Shown here: positions 1-8,391 of the stretch, one piece after another
How positions within the stretch are numbered: position 1 is the stretch's first letter
How the letters are laid out: each line of letters opens with the position of its first letter
UHGV virus genome: UHGV-0102822
Source: a virus
Reading direction: 5' to 3' (one strand)
DNA length: 18,997 bases
Notes under the pieces: generated by a model
Seen by the model: only the letters and a program-made list of their open reading frames with translations
What the model was told of the DNA's origin: nothing
Database searches by the model: none
Translations under genes and position numbers: made by a program

Positions 1-49
1 ATTACCAATCTCCTATTATTACGATTAAAGCGAGGTTCAATAATCCGTC

Positions 50-1615
50 ATGAAATTTTTAGATTTTTTATTAAGACGTAAACCCGAAGTAAGTAAAATT
101 AAAAAGCGTCATAAACCAAAACTTATTATCGATAATGATACGGCTTTTGGTAATGAATTAAAGCGTCAACTTGGTCCAAGAACTGATCGTTTAGATGGTG
201 ACTTTGAGCAAAACCTGATTCGAACTGCAACAATTAATAACGAAATCCGAGCAAGTGCTGATAATATCAGGGCTATGTCCAGAACGATTAGCATTAATAC
301 TCCTTTGGGTAAACGTGCTGTGCAATATCAAGTTGATAACGTTATCGGTGAAGGAATAAACCCTCAACCTCGTTTGCTTGATTCAGAAGGAAAGCCTAAT
401 AAAGAACTGAATAGTTTAATTAGCGATAATTTCAATTATTGGTCGAATTCGGCAAGACGTTTCAGCAAAAATAAACGTATTAACTGGCGTCGTTTCCAAG
501 AAATCGTTGAACGCGCTCGTTTTATCGATGGTGAAGTTTTTATTCGTGTTCATGAAGGTGATGAATTTAAATTAGAAATTATCGAGGCTGCTCGTTGTAA
601 ATTCGGCGACAGACAACAAACCGATGATGGTTATATTCTTGATGGAATTGAATATGATAACGATGATTCTCCTATTCGTTACTGGTTCCAAGAGATTAAT
701 AAAACCACTCAGACGGAAGGTGGTAATTCTTACGGTGTTTCTGCTGATGAAATTATTCACTATTACAGAGAACTGTTTCCCGATCAACGCAGAGGAATTC
801 CAGAAGCTATCGCGAATATCGACACAATGAACCAATATAATCAGTTTGCTTTTGCGACTCTTGTCCAAAAGCGCGCTGCGGCAAGCTCTATGGGCTTTAT
901 TGTTCAAGACAAAGACGGTCAGGAATCTCTCGATTTAGGCATTGATGAAGATGAATCCGAAAATATAGAACAGCCTGAAATTATTCAAGAATTCGAAGCT
1001 GGTACGATTCATAAACTTCCTGCTGGTCATGATATTAAACAATTCAGTTCTACTCAAGGCGGTGATGATTTCTTGAGTTTTACGGATCGCTTGGAAGACC
1101 ATCTTGCAATGGGTTACGGCTTTTATAAGCAAGGATGGAAAGGTGACACCAGTAATATTAACTATTCTGCGGCTCGTTTCGGTGATCAAGCTCAGAGAGT
1201 AATGTTTAAATCTGTTCAACGAAATCTTAAAGAACAAGTTTTTGAGGTTATTTTTGAAAAATGGTTAGCATGGTCAATCATGAATGAAAAAATTAGTCTG
1301 AAAATGACTTCTATTCCTTCTGTTCTTAATCAGATTGTTTGGACATATCCAAAATGGGAATCTATCGACCCTATTAAAGATGCTCAGAAAGACCAAATTG
1401 ATGTTGATAACGGATTTAAATCTGCTTCCGACGTTATTATTTCTCGCGGTGAAGACCCAGAAATCGTATTTGCTCAGATTGAACAGGAAAAATCTCGTTA
1501 TATTCCTAAACATTCTCAGTCGATTGCGGTTGCTGCTGCACCTGCTGAATTAGCTGCTTATGCACAGGTAGAAGTTGCAGAAATTAATTCGGATAACTCT
1601 GGGAAGGACATCTAA
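50..1615 (+). CDS. phage portal protein (lambda gpB-like portal family)
   Basis: 521-aa ORF starting at ATG 50. The C-terminal half (FTDRLEDHLAMGYGFYKQGWKGDTSNINYSAARFGDQAQRV) resembles the conserved core of lambda-type portals as I recall it. It sits directly upstream of the prohead protease/capsid gene, the canonical position. Confidence 0.8.
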   Translation: MKFLDFLLRRKPEVSKIKKRHKPKLIIDNDTAFGNELKRQLGPRTDRLDGDFEQNLIRTATINNEIRASADNIRAMSRTISINTPLGKRAVQYQVDNVIGEGINPQPRLLDSEGKPNKELNSLISDNFNYWSNSARRFSKNKRINWRRFQEIVERARFIDGEVFIRVHEGDEFKLEIIEAARCKFGDRQQTDDGYILDGIEYDNDDSPIRYWFQEINKTTQTEGGNSYGVSADEIIHYYRELFPDQRRGIPEAIANIDTMNQYNQFAFATLVQKRAAASSMGFIVQDKDGQESLDLGIDEDESENIEQPEIIQEFEAGTIHKLPAGHDIKQFSSTQGGDDFLSFTDRLEDHLAMGYGFYKQGWKGDTSNINYSAARFGDQAQRVMFKSVQRNLKEQVFEVIFEKWLAWSIMNEKISLKMTSIPSVLNQIVWTYPKWESIDPIKDAQKDQIDVDNGFKSASDVIISRGEDPEIVFAQIEQEKSRYIPKHSQSIAVAAAPAELAAYAQVEVAEINSDNSGKDI

Positions 1616-1620
1616 ATAAA
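1612..1620 (+). promoter_or_regulatory. CTAAATAAA motif (candidate late-promoter element) overlapping the portal stop codon
   Basis: Exact CTAAATAA core, one of six intergenic or gene-end occurrences at + strand gene boundaries; resembles the T4 late promoter TATAAATA. Confidence 0.35.
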
Positions 1621-1634
1621 TCAGTAAAACAAAA

Positions 1635-1652
1635 GAGCGTCGAAAGACGCTC
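1635..1652 (+). promoter_or_regulatory. RNA hairpin with GAAA tetraloop between portal and protease/capsid genes, no U-tract
   Basis: GAGCGTC-GAAA-GACGCTC, a perfect 7-bp stem with a GNRA loop, followed by ATTCAAGAGGA (SD) and ATG 1669. Not a canonical intrinsic terminator; could be a processing or stability element. Confidence 0.45.
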
Positions 1653-1668
1653 ATTCAAGAGGACTAAA

Positions 1669-3606
1669 ATGCTCAAGTTAAAACGAGAATATACAGTCCA
1701 AGACGTTACTGAAACCGATGGCGTTTTTGAAATCGCATTCAGCTCTGAAACTCCTGTTGAGCGTCAGATTGAAGATGAATACGGACATCCAGTTACGGTT
1801 AATGAAATTCTTGTTCATGACGGTCCTCATAATGCAGACCTTACAAGAATTAATAACGGTGCTGCTTTGCTGTTTAATCACGATTTCGATAAACATCTCG
1901 GAAAAGTAATTCCTGGTTCTGTTCGAATTGATTCAGACCGTATCGGTCGCGCAAATGTCCAATTCAGTAAACATGGCTCTTTAGCCCAAGAAGTTTATGA
2001 AAAAGTCAAAGAAGGAACAATCAGCAAGATTTCTTTCGGATATGACTTGAATGAATATGAACTCAAGGGTCAAGACTTATTAGTTACGCTTTGGTCTCCA
2101 TATGAAATAAGTTTTGTAACTGTTCCTGCTGACGATTCCGTGGGGTTGGGAAGATTACTAAATACAAATAACAAAAGCGTTAAGAAATTACGCGAATTAA
2201 ATTTAACTAACAAAGGTACTCGAATGAAACGCATTGATGAAATGACGAAAGACGAACTGGTAGAAATGACCATTGACGAAATCGAAATGCTGTCCGAAGA
2301 AGATCGCGCGAAACGTGAAGAAATTCTGGAAGAAGTAAAAGTCGAAACTGAAAATTCTGGTGATTCTGCTGTTGTCGAAACTGACAATTCTCCTGCTGTT
2401 GTTCCTGCTGGTGATGAATTAACAGAAGAAGAACGCGAAGAAGAAACGGAAGAAATTCTTGAAATCGCACAGCGCTACAAAGTAGCACAAAAAGACGTTG
2501 CAAGCGCAATCGCTAAAGGCATGACCGCACGTCAATTTAAACGTTCTATTAAACCTAACAAAGCTCCGGCGGTAATTCGTAACATGACTAAAGATACTAA
2601 AGTAAATCTGGAAGATAAATTCGACCTTGGCGATGCTGTTCGCTCTATGATGAATGGTAAAGCTGTTCGTGGCGCTGCTGCTGAATATACACAAGAAATG
2701 ACTCGTAAGCGTCTACAACGTGGTCTTAGCGTTTCAACCGGTATCTATATGCCTGTAAATGCTATTGCTCAGAACTCACGCGCAATTAACACTGTTCCTA
2801 CTGTTTCTCCAATTCAGGAAACTGTTCAGCGTTATGATTCATTCGTTGAAATGCTATTGAAAGGTACTGTTGCTGATAAATTGGGTGTTAACTTCCTGAC
2901 TGGTTTGAAAACTCCGATTTCTGTACCAAAACAAACTAAATCTTCTGTTGAAGCATTCGGTTTCGTTGATGAAAACGGTGAATCTCCAGAAGGCGAAAGC
3001 GCATTCACCAACATTAAGTTTGAACCAAAAACATTTACTGGTGGTAACCCAATTTCTCGTCAAGCTCTGTTGACTCTGCCAAATCTGGGCGCTTTCATTT
3101 CTGACCACATTGTTAAGCACTCACGCGCTAAACTGGAAGGTCTGATGTTTGGTTCTCTGACTGATGCTAAAGCACCTGATTCAATCGTTGCTCAGTTGAC
3201 TGCACAGGCAATGGGAATGACCTACAAAGAGTTCATCGTTGAAGCTGCAAAAGCTAAAGGCAATGGCGTTGATATGGCTGCATTTAAATATCTGATGGCT
3301 GCTGCTCTTGAAGGTGATTTGAAAACCACTCTGCGTGATGCTGGTGTTTCTGGTTATATCATCGACGACATGAACAAAATCGGCGGACATGATGTTATCG
3401 GTTCTGGTCTGGTTAAAGATGGTCAGGTTATCTCTGGTGACTTCTCCGCTGTAACTGTAGCTGAATGGGAAGGTCTTGCTCTTGACCTAGACGACACAAC
3501 TTATCGTAACAAAGGCGCTATCGTTCCTCGCGTTTGGGCTGATATCGATTGGAAAGTTTGTGCTGACGATCGTCTGTTCCTGCACGAAAAAAAGACGGGA
3601 GCTTAA
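1669..3606 (+). CDS. prohead protease (HK97 gp4 / peptidase S78-like) fused to an acidic scaffold-like linker and an HK97-fold major capsid protein domain
   Basis: The N-terminal ~165 aa align by eye with HK97 gp4 protease, including the His (LFNHDFD) and Ser (ISKISFGYD) catalytic contexts and the ISFVTVPADD segment. The middle is an acidic helical stretch (EEEREEETEEILEIAQRY). The C-terminal ~370 aa have an HK97-type capsid character (GDFSAVTVAEWEGLALDLDD, DDRLFLHEKK tail). The gene is followed by a strong terminator, as expected for a highly expressed capsid gene. Confidence 0.75.
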   Translation: MLKLKREYTVQDVTETDGVFEIAFSSETPVERQIEDEYGHPVTVNEILVHDGPHNADLTRINNGAALLFNHDFDKHLGKVIPGSVRIDSDRIGRANVQFSKHGSLAQEVYEKVKEGTISKISFGYDLNEYELKGQDLLVTLWSPYEISFVTVPADDSVGLGRLLNTNNKSVKKLRELNLTNKGTRMKRIDEMTKDELVEMTIDEIEMLSEEDRAKREEILEEVKVETENSGDSAVVETDNSPAVVPAGDELTEEEREEETEEILEIAQRYKVAQKDVASAIAKGMTARQFKRSIKPNKAPAVIRNMTKDTKVNLEDKFDLGDAVRSMMNGKAVRGAAAEYTQEMTRKRLQRGLSVSTGIYMPVNAIAQNSRAINTVPTVSPIQETVQRYDSFVEMLLKGTVADKLGVNFLTGLKTPISVPKQTKSSVEAFGFVDENGESPEGESAFTNIKFEPKTFTGGNPISRQALLTLPNLGAFISDHIVKHSRAKLEGLMFGSLTDAKAPDSIVAQLTAQAMGMTYKEFIVEAAKAKGNGVDMAAFKYLMAAALEGDLKTTLRDAGVSGYIIDDMNKIGGHDVIGSGLVKDGQVISGDFSAVTVAEWEGLALDLDDTTYRNKGAIVPRVWADIDWKVCADDRLFLHEKKTGA

Positions 3607-3611
3607 CTGAT

Positions 3612-3634
3612 ACAGGAGCACAAGCTGCTCCTGT
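3612..3634 (+). promoter_or_regulatory. perfect 9-bp hairpin just after the capsid stop codon, no U-tract
   Basis: ACAGGAGCA-CAAGC-TGCTCCTGT. The stem sequesters an AGGAG; candidate RNase III or mRNA-stability element. Confidence 0.4.
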
Positions 3635-3671
3635 CAGAAAGCCACGCGCTCTTAAGGTAACAAAATAAATT

Positions 3672-3696
3672 AGGGACTCTTCGGAGTCCCTTTTTT
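3672..3696 (+). terminator. rho-independent terminator after the capsid gene
   Basis: GGGACTC-TTCG-GAGTCCC, a perfect 7-bp GC-rich stem with a UUCG tetraloop, followed by TTTTTT. Confidence 0.75.
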
Positions 3697-3706
3697 CGTT
3701 TTGGAA

Positions 3707-3716
3707 CTAAATAAAG
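3707..3716 (+). promoter_or_regulatory. CTAAATAAAG motif (candidate late promoter) with AAAAAGGAGA Shine-Dalgarno directly downstream
   Basis: Part of a 27-bp cassette, CTAAATAAAGAAAAAGGAGACAACATG, that is 24/27 identical to the one at 14626-14652. Confidence 0.45.
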
Positions 3717-3730
3717 AAAAAGGAGACAAC

Positions 3731-4033
3731 ATGCTTTTTCCATACACACAAAAACAAAAACAAGAATTCTTAAAACGATTTGGTCAAACGCTATTAATCG
3801 ATAATAAAGAAACTCTGGCTATTGTCGAAATTGAAATTACTAACGTTGATGGACAAGTATCAGAAACGTTTTATATAACAATTGATGAAGTAATAGCTCG
3901 CCAAGATCTCGAAGTTCATTACAAAGAAAACATCTACCGAATTGCTTATATCGTTAACGATGGTTCAGGACTTGTTAATGCTTATTTGTCTTTAATTGGT
4001 GATAACAGCGGAAGGACTAGCAAATATGAATAA
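3731..4033 (+). CDS. hypothetical virion protein, connector/head-completion candidate by position
   Basis: 100-aa ORF from ATG 3731, preceded by AAAAAGGAGA with 5-nt spacing. The track's 3701 start is a TTG lying inside the promoter/SD region. No recognisable motif; the role is inferred only from position after the capsid gene. Confidence 0.55.
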   Translation: MLFPYTQKQKQEFLKRFGQTLLIDNKETLAIVEIEITNVDGQVSETFYITIDEVIARQDLEVHYKENIYRIAYIVNDGSGLVNAYLSLIGDNSGRTSKYE

Positions 4034-4424
4034 TTTACCGCGTTTAGGAATTAAACGCGCTTTTGAAGAAATCATTCAGAACGAACTTAAATTAAAATAT
4101 GTTCAAGATGCTTTCACGACAGGCGTTAAAAAAGAGATTCAAGTAATGATTCCAGAAATGACGGAAGAATACACAAGAATCCAAATGCAATCAAAACTCG
4201 GTTGCACATTGAATATGACCATCGACATTTTCTCGGAAATCAATGAAACGGGAGTTCATAAAGCTGTATACGATTTAATTTCTATTACTGCTATTCATCC
4301 GAAACTTCGTGAATTCAAAATTAATAAAATTTATCCAAGTTCAAGTTTCACCTCTTACAATAACGAGTCCTCAAATGGTCAAGTTTCTGCTCAAGTCGTG
4401 TTAACTCTTGAATACTTAATGTGA
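4026..4424 (+). CDS. hypothetical virion protein, neck/tail-joining candidate by position
   Basis: ATG 4026 overlaps the upstream stop (ATGAATAA), with GGAAGGA about 10 nt upstream. The track's 3996 start is a TTG without an SD. No recognisable motif. Confidence 0.5.
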   Translation: MNNLPRLGIKRAFEEIIQNELKLKYVQDAFTTGVKKEIQVMIPEMTEEYTRIQMQSKLGCTLNMTIDIFSEINETGVHKAVYDLISITAIHPKLREFKINKIYPSSSFTSYNNESSNGQVSAQVVLTLEYLM

Positions 4425-4431
4425 GGACACT

Positions 4432-5460
4432 ATGACAAATGATATTTTTGTGGCTAATCTCGTCCGTGTTTCTGTAAATGAAGAAGCAACGTCGGAGATT
4501 CCTAGCTACTTTGACCCAGGATATATTGAAACTGAAAATGTTGCTGCTTTTCCGGTAATAGGATTTTCAAATCAAGTTCAATCACTCGAAGATTATCGAG
4601 AAGATTTTGAAGTTAAATTATCAGGTGATCAAACAATTGATAACACTGTTTTAAGCATATTTGAATCTGATGATGAAGTTTCCGAATTGTTAGACAATGC
4701 GTTAATGAATAAGAAAAAACTTCGATTTAGAAATCTTTATGTTGTCGATTCAGAACATACAAGAGAAAGACAATCCGGTCTTTATCATATCTTTGATGCT
4801 TATGTTACGAAGAAAGAAACAAACGGGTCTGAGAGTTCCGCTGTAATTAACAACTATACTTTAAGTCCAGACGGTAAATTATTTTCAGGTTACGCTGAGT
4901 ATTCAACTCCGTTAAACGTTGGCGATTATGGTGTTGGTGCAGGAACAGAAGAAATCGAAGGTGTAAAAGATTTAGGTCTTTTGACTGGTAACAGATGGAT
5001 AACTGTTGATGGGGTTAACACTGATAATCCATATAACTCTGGCACGTCTGCTATGGCAATTCAGCATCCAAGTGGTCAAGGATGGGAACTGATTGGAGCA
5101 AGTATCGGTAATCCTAGCATACGTATTCGTAACAAGCAGATGAATCCCGACGGGACAATCAATGAATCGAATTGGGTTAAGGTCTATACAGAACTTGAAC
5201 GTCCTACAACAGAAGACATTGGAGCGCTTCCTATTACGGGAGGAACGTTACAAGGTTCACTGACGATTCAGGATTATTTGACTGTACGCAAAAAGATAAA
5301 CGCCCCGCTTGTTGAAATCGACAATCTAAATACTAAAGAAATTCAATCTGATTCGGTGAAAGTCAAAGGTCAAGAAGTTTATTCTCCTACGAATAAACCA
5401 ACTCCTGTTGATGTTAACGCAGTAGCTCAAGGTGAAACGTTAGACGCCGGAACATTCTAA
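4432..5460 (+). CDS. putative tail structural protein carrying a tail-fiber-type GGT-x-x-G-x-L motif in its C-terminal part
   Basis: 342 aa, with GTGAGGA SD before ATG 4432. The C-terminal region contains DIGALPITGGTLQGSLTIQDY, the motif class seen in phage tail fibers and also present in the 951-aa fiber downstream (SKAGDTMTGDLTV). Confidence 0.45.
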   Translation: MTNDIFVANLVRVSVNEEATSEIPSYFDPGYIETENVAAFPVIGFSNQVQSLEDYREDFEVKLSGDQTIDNTVLSIFESDDEVSELLDNALMNKKKLRFRNLYVVDSEHTRERQSGLYHIFDAYVTKKETNGSESSAVINNYTLSPDGKLFSGYAEYSTPLNVGDYGVGAGTEEIEGVKDLGLLTGNRWITVDGVNTDNPYNSGTSAMAIQHPSGQGWELIGASIGNPSIRIRNKQMNPDGTINESNWVKVYTELERPTTEDIGALPITGGTLQGSLTIQDYLTVRKKINAPLVEIDNLNTKEIQSDSVKVKGQEVYSPTNKPTPVDVNAVAQGETLDAGTF

Positions 5461-5473
5461 AAAATTTGATTAA

Positions 5474-5482
5474 TTAAATAAC
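5474..5482 (+). promoter_or_regulatory. TTAAATAAC, a weaker variant of the recurring TAAATAA motif upstream of the tail fiber gene
   Basis: Lies 31 nt upstream of ATG 5513 and is followed by the CAGGAGAA SD; one mismatch to the CTAAATAA core. Confidence 0.25.
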
Positions 5483-5512
5483 AAGGATGTTATTTTTCAA
5501 CAGGAGAATGAA

Positions 5513-8368
5513 ATGGCTAATAACAAAGTCAAACACTATAGGACTGATGTCGCAGGACGTAAACCTGATGCTTCAAAAATGCTTGAAGGTGAAATTGCTA
5601 TTAACATGACCGATAAAAGCATTTTCACGAAACGTGGAACTGAAATCGTTAATATCGGTAATGGTGCTGATTCTGTCGTCGAAGGTGGACAGACTTTTAT
5701 CGGTGACGTTCAAGCAAATAAATTAAAATCTGACACTGATATTTCTCTGAAAAATTCCGAGAAAAGTTCTATCGTTTTTGAAGATGAACACGGTAAAGCA
5801 AAAGTCGAATTGAAATCTGAAAAGCAAACTGATTCCGAAGGCTCTTTGAAAGTTGTTGTTTCGAACGGTAAAAACGCTTCAACAGGTTATTCAACTTATG
5901 ATTTCGTTAATGGTCGTTTACGTTTACCAGTTGCACCAATTGAAGCTGATAACGCAACGCGTAAAGACTATGTTGATTCAGAGATTAAGAAAGTCTCCGA
6001 CGCAACAGGAACGAATCTGACAGCTTTAGAGAATAAAGTTAACGCTAACGACACGAAACAGACCGAAGCGAACACCGAGCTGGACAATCGTCTTAACGCT
6101 AAGATTGATTTAAACAATACGACTATTAACACGAAAGTTGACGCTAACAAAGCCGACGCAGATTCAAAGATTAAAGCTGTTAATGATCGTTTGACTGTTG
6201 ATAATCAGACTTTGACCGACATGATTAATACCAAGGTTTCAAAAGCTGGTGACACAATGACTGGCGACTTGACTGTTCCTAAATTGAATGCCGACGGTAT
6301 CAAAGCAAATTATATTAACTTGGGTCCTAATCCTAATAGTTTAGGTGCTAACAGTATTATGATGGGAGATTCCGATACAGGATTTAAATGGAGAGAAGAC
6401 GGTTGGTTAGACACTTATTCCAATAATGTTGTTGTATCAAGTGTTGCAGGATCTCAAAACTTTTTTAATCGTCAAGTTACGATTAGATATAGAAGCGATG
6501 GTGCAGGAAACGTTAACGGTCTGGCACCTGCTGGCACATCTTTGCTTAAAATCGATACAACGACCGATGGAAACGGAATCGGAGACGGATACACTTATTT
6601 CGGATTATCAAATGCCGGTAAATATCATAACTATCTGAGAGGAACCGGTGCAACGTTCATCGATTCTCATGACGGTGTGAGAATAAGTGGTCAGACTCAT
6701 ACTCTTGCGGGAGTTGTGACTTCTGGTAAATCAGTAGGAACTTATGATACTTATTCCATGGTCAACTGGACTCAAGACACACAAGCTTTCAACCGTCTGA
6801 GACATTTCAGAGCGTGTGGTGCGTCGACCTGGTGGCATGAACTTGTATGGGCACATCATGATAATCCAAAATATTCGGATTCATTAACTTGGTGGCAGGG
6901 TATCGGGGCTGATAACTGGATTGCATCATTGCACCAAAGCGGTAATTATAAGACAAACCGATTCGAAGCACACGGCAGAAGTGCCGCTTATAAGCTTTTC
7001 AGTGCGACAAGTGAAGCTGCTTATATTTCTGGTAACAACGATGGAAAAGAAAACTCATGGCTGTTAGGTAAAACAGATGCCGGAACAAACATCATGTTTC
7101 AGAATAATATGGTTACGGGTCAAAGTTCCGCCGTAGTTCTGAGACAGAACCATGTGCAGCTTAACGCTAATGGTTATAATACCCTGACAGTTCTTGATAA
7201 CAGAATTGAAATCGACGGTTCAAGATGGGCAGCAACAAACAGTCACGCTTGGTCAGATCAGTGGAATCAATTGCCTCCTGTTCTGCTTAATTTCGGAACA
7301 TCTTCAGGTGCAAGTGATTATTATCCTGGATTTGCATTGCAGCAAACGACTTCCCAGGCGGGATATCATACTCGTTTTGAAATGGGAATAATTCGAGCCG
7401 GTGCACAGTACGGAAAAGGTGTAATACGTGTTTCTGAACCGAACCATGCTGCGATGGCCGGAAAAAATCAGTCCATTTATGAATTTGATATAAACGGAAG
7501 ATTCGCATCACCGAATATTGTTGATACTCCTAAAGTTGAAACCCGACAGATAACAAGTTTCGGTGTTAATACTCTTAACGTGCTAGGCGGAAACTCAATT
7601 GCGTTTGGTGATGGTGACACCGGTATTCGTCAAAGAACTGATGGAAACTTAGAAATTCTGGCAAATAGCGTTCATGTTGCAACATTCGACCACGCGGGAA
7701 TTAATTCATTAACCACTATGCGCGTTTCTTCTCCAAACGATTCTCGTGGCGTATATGTTCATAATATCAGAACAGGCAGCGCAAACGCATTAATTGCTGG
7801 TCAAGTTGATGGCTGGGCTGATTGGGGAGCATGGCGTGAACGTCCTGCTGGAATGATCGTAGAAGCGGGTTCAACTGATAAATGCATTAACATTTGGAAA
7901 TCTGTTCAGTGGGGAACCGAATGGTCTGCTGGAATGGACATTTATAATCCAGCAGGCGGCGCTTATGAAGCCATGCTTCATGTTAGAGGTGCAAACTTTA
8001 CATTTAGAAGCGTTGATGGTGCTGCCCATGCTGTTTCTTGGGTTTCAACTTCCGATAAACGTCTGAAATCAAATCTTGAAAAAATCGAAAACGCAGTTGA
8101 TAAGGTTAATACGTTAACTGGTTACGTTTACGATAAGAAATCAGATTTGAAAGAAACTGAATATTCGTTCGTAACTCGCGAAGCAGGTATTATTGCTCAA
8201 GAACTGAAAGAAGTATTACCAGAAGCTGTTAGTTCTTTCGGCGAAGATGAAATTCTTGGTGTTAACTCTGCTGCTGTAAACGCGTTGCTTGTTAATGCTA
8301 TCAAGGAATTAAGTGCTGATTTGAAAGAAACAAAAGCGCGTCTTGATGCTTTAGAACTTGCTAAATAA
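5513..8368 (+). CDS. tail fiber protein with C-terminal intramolecular chaperone / autoproteolysis domain (peptidase S74-like)
   Basis: 951 aa. The shaft region has P2 gpH / T-even-fiber-like motifs (KAGDTMTGDL; MMGDSDTGFKWREDGW and AFGDGDTGIRQRTDGN repeats). The C-terminal ~105 aa (SDKRLKSNLEKIENAVDKVNTLTGYVYDKK...GIIAQELKEVLPEAV...ALLVNAIKEL...LKETKARLDALE) match the signature of the self-cleaving chaperone domain known from endosialidase and T5 pb1-type fibers. Confidence 0.8.
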   Translation: MANNKVKHYRTDVAGRKPDASKMLEGEIAINMTDKSIFTKRGTEIVNIGNGADSVVEGGQTFIGDVQANKLKSDTDISLKNSEKSSIVFEDEHGKAKVELKSEKQTDSEGSLKVVVSNGKNASTGYSTYDFVNGRLRLPVAPIEADNATRKDYVDSEIKKVSDATGTNLTALENKVNANDTKQTEANTELDNRLNAKIDLNNTTINTKVDANKADADSKIKAVNDRLTVDNQTLTDMINTKVSKAGDTMTGDLTVPKLNADGIKANYINLGPNPNSLGANSIMMGDSDTGFKWREDGWLDTYSNNVVVSSVAGSQNFFNRQVTIRYRSDGAGNVNGLAPAGTSLLKIDTTTDGNGIGDGYTYFGLSNAGKYHNYLRGTGATFIDSHDGVRISGQTHTLAGVVTSGKSVGTYDTYSMVNWTQDTQAFNRLRHFRACGASTWWHELVWAHHDNPKYSDSLTWWQGIGADNWIASLHQSGNYKTNRFEAHGRSAAYKLFSATSEAAYISGNNDGKENSWLLGKTDAGTNIMFQNNMVTGQSSAVVLRQNHVQLNANGYNTLTVLDNRIEIDGSRWAATNSHAWSDQWNQLPPVLLNFGTSSGASDYYPGFALQQTTSQAGYHTRFEMGIIRAGAQYGKGVIRVSEPNHAAMAGKNQSIYEFDINGRFASPNIVDTPKVETRQITSFGVNTLNVLGGNSIAFGDGDTGIRQRTDGNLEILANSVHVATFDHAGINSLTTMRVSSPNDSRGVYVHNIRTGSANALIAGQVDGWADWGAWRERPAGMIVEAGSTDKCINIWKSVQWGTEWSAGMDIYNPAGGAYEAMLHVRGANFTFRSVDGAAHAVSWVSTSDKRLKSNLEKIENAVDKVNTLTGYVYDKKSDLKETEYSFVTREAGIIAQELKEVLPEAVSSFGEDEILGVNSAAVNALLVNAIKELSADLKETKARLDALELAK

Positions 8369-8371
8369 TAA

Positions 8372-8391
8372 AAAGGGACGAAAGTCCCTTT
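8372..8391 (+). terminator. hairpin terminator after the tail fiber gene (A-tract / stem / T-tract, possibly bidirectional)
   Basis: AAAGGGAC-GAAA-GTCCCTTT with a GNRA loop. The T-run is short (TTT then C), so termination is probably partial. Confidence 0.5.

Noticed and set aside
572-1553. Track ORFs 572-907 (-), 624-830 (+), 935-1237 (-), 1274-1513 (-) and 1335-1553 (+) inside the portal gene
   Set aside because: They are nested within or antisense to a well-supported 521-aa portal ORF, have low-complexity AT-driven translations and no Shine-Dalgarno or promoter context.
1678-3390. Track ORFs antisense to or frame-shifted within the protease/capsid gene (1678-1896, 1718-1909, 2070-2387, 2207-2509, 2419-2694, 2832-3014, 2854-3120, 3181-3390)
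   Set aside because: They overlap a gene with clear protease and capsid homology. The translations are low-complexity (Ser, Phe, Leu or Gln runs), typical of spurious frames in AT-rich DNA.
3701-3730. Extended non-ATG starts proposed by the ORF track (TTG 3701, TTG 3996, GTG 8990, GTG 14617, TTG 18971)
   Set aside because: In each case the extension runs through the promoter motif or Shine-Dalgarno itself, and a properly spaced ATG or GTG lies just downstream (3731, 4026, 9002, 14650, 18947).
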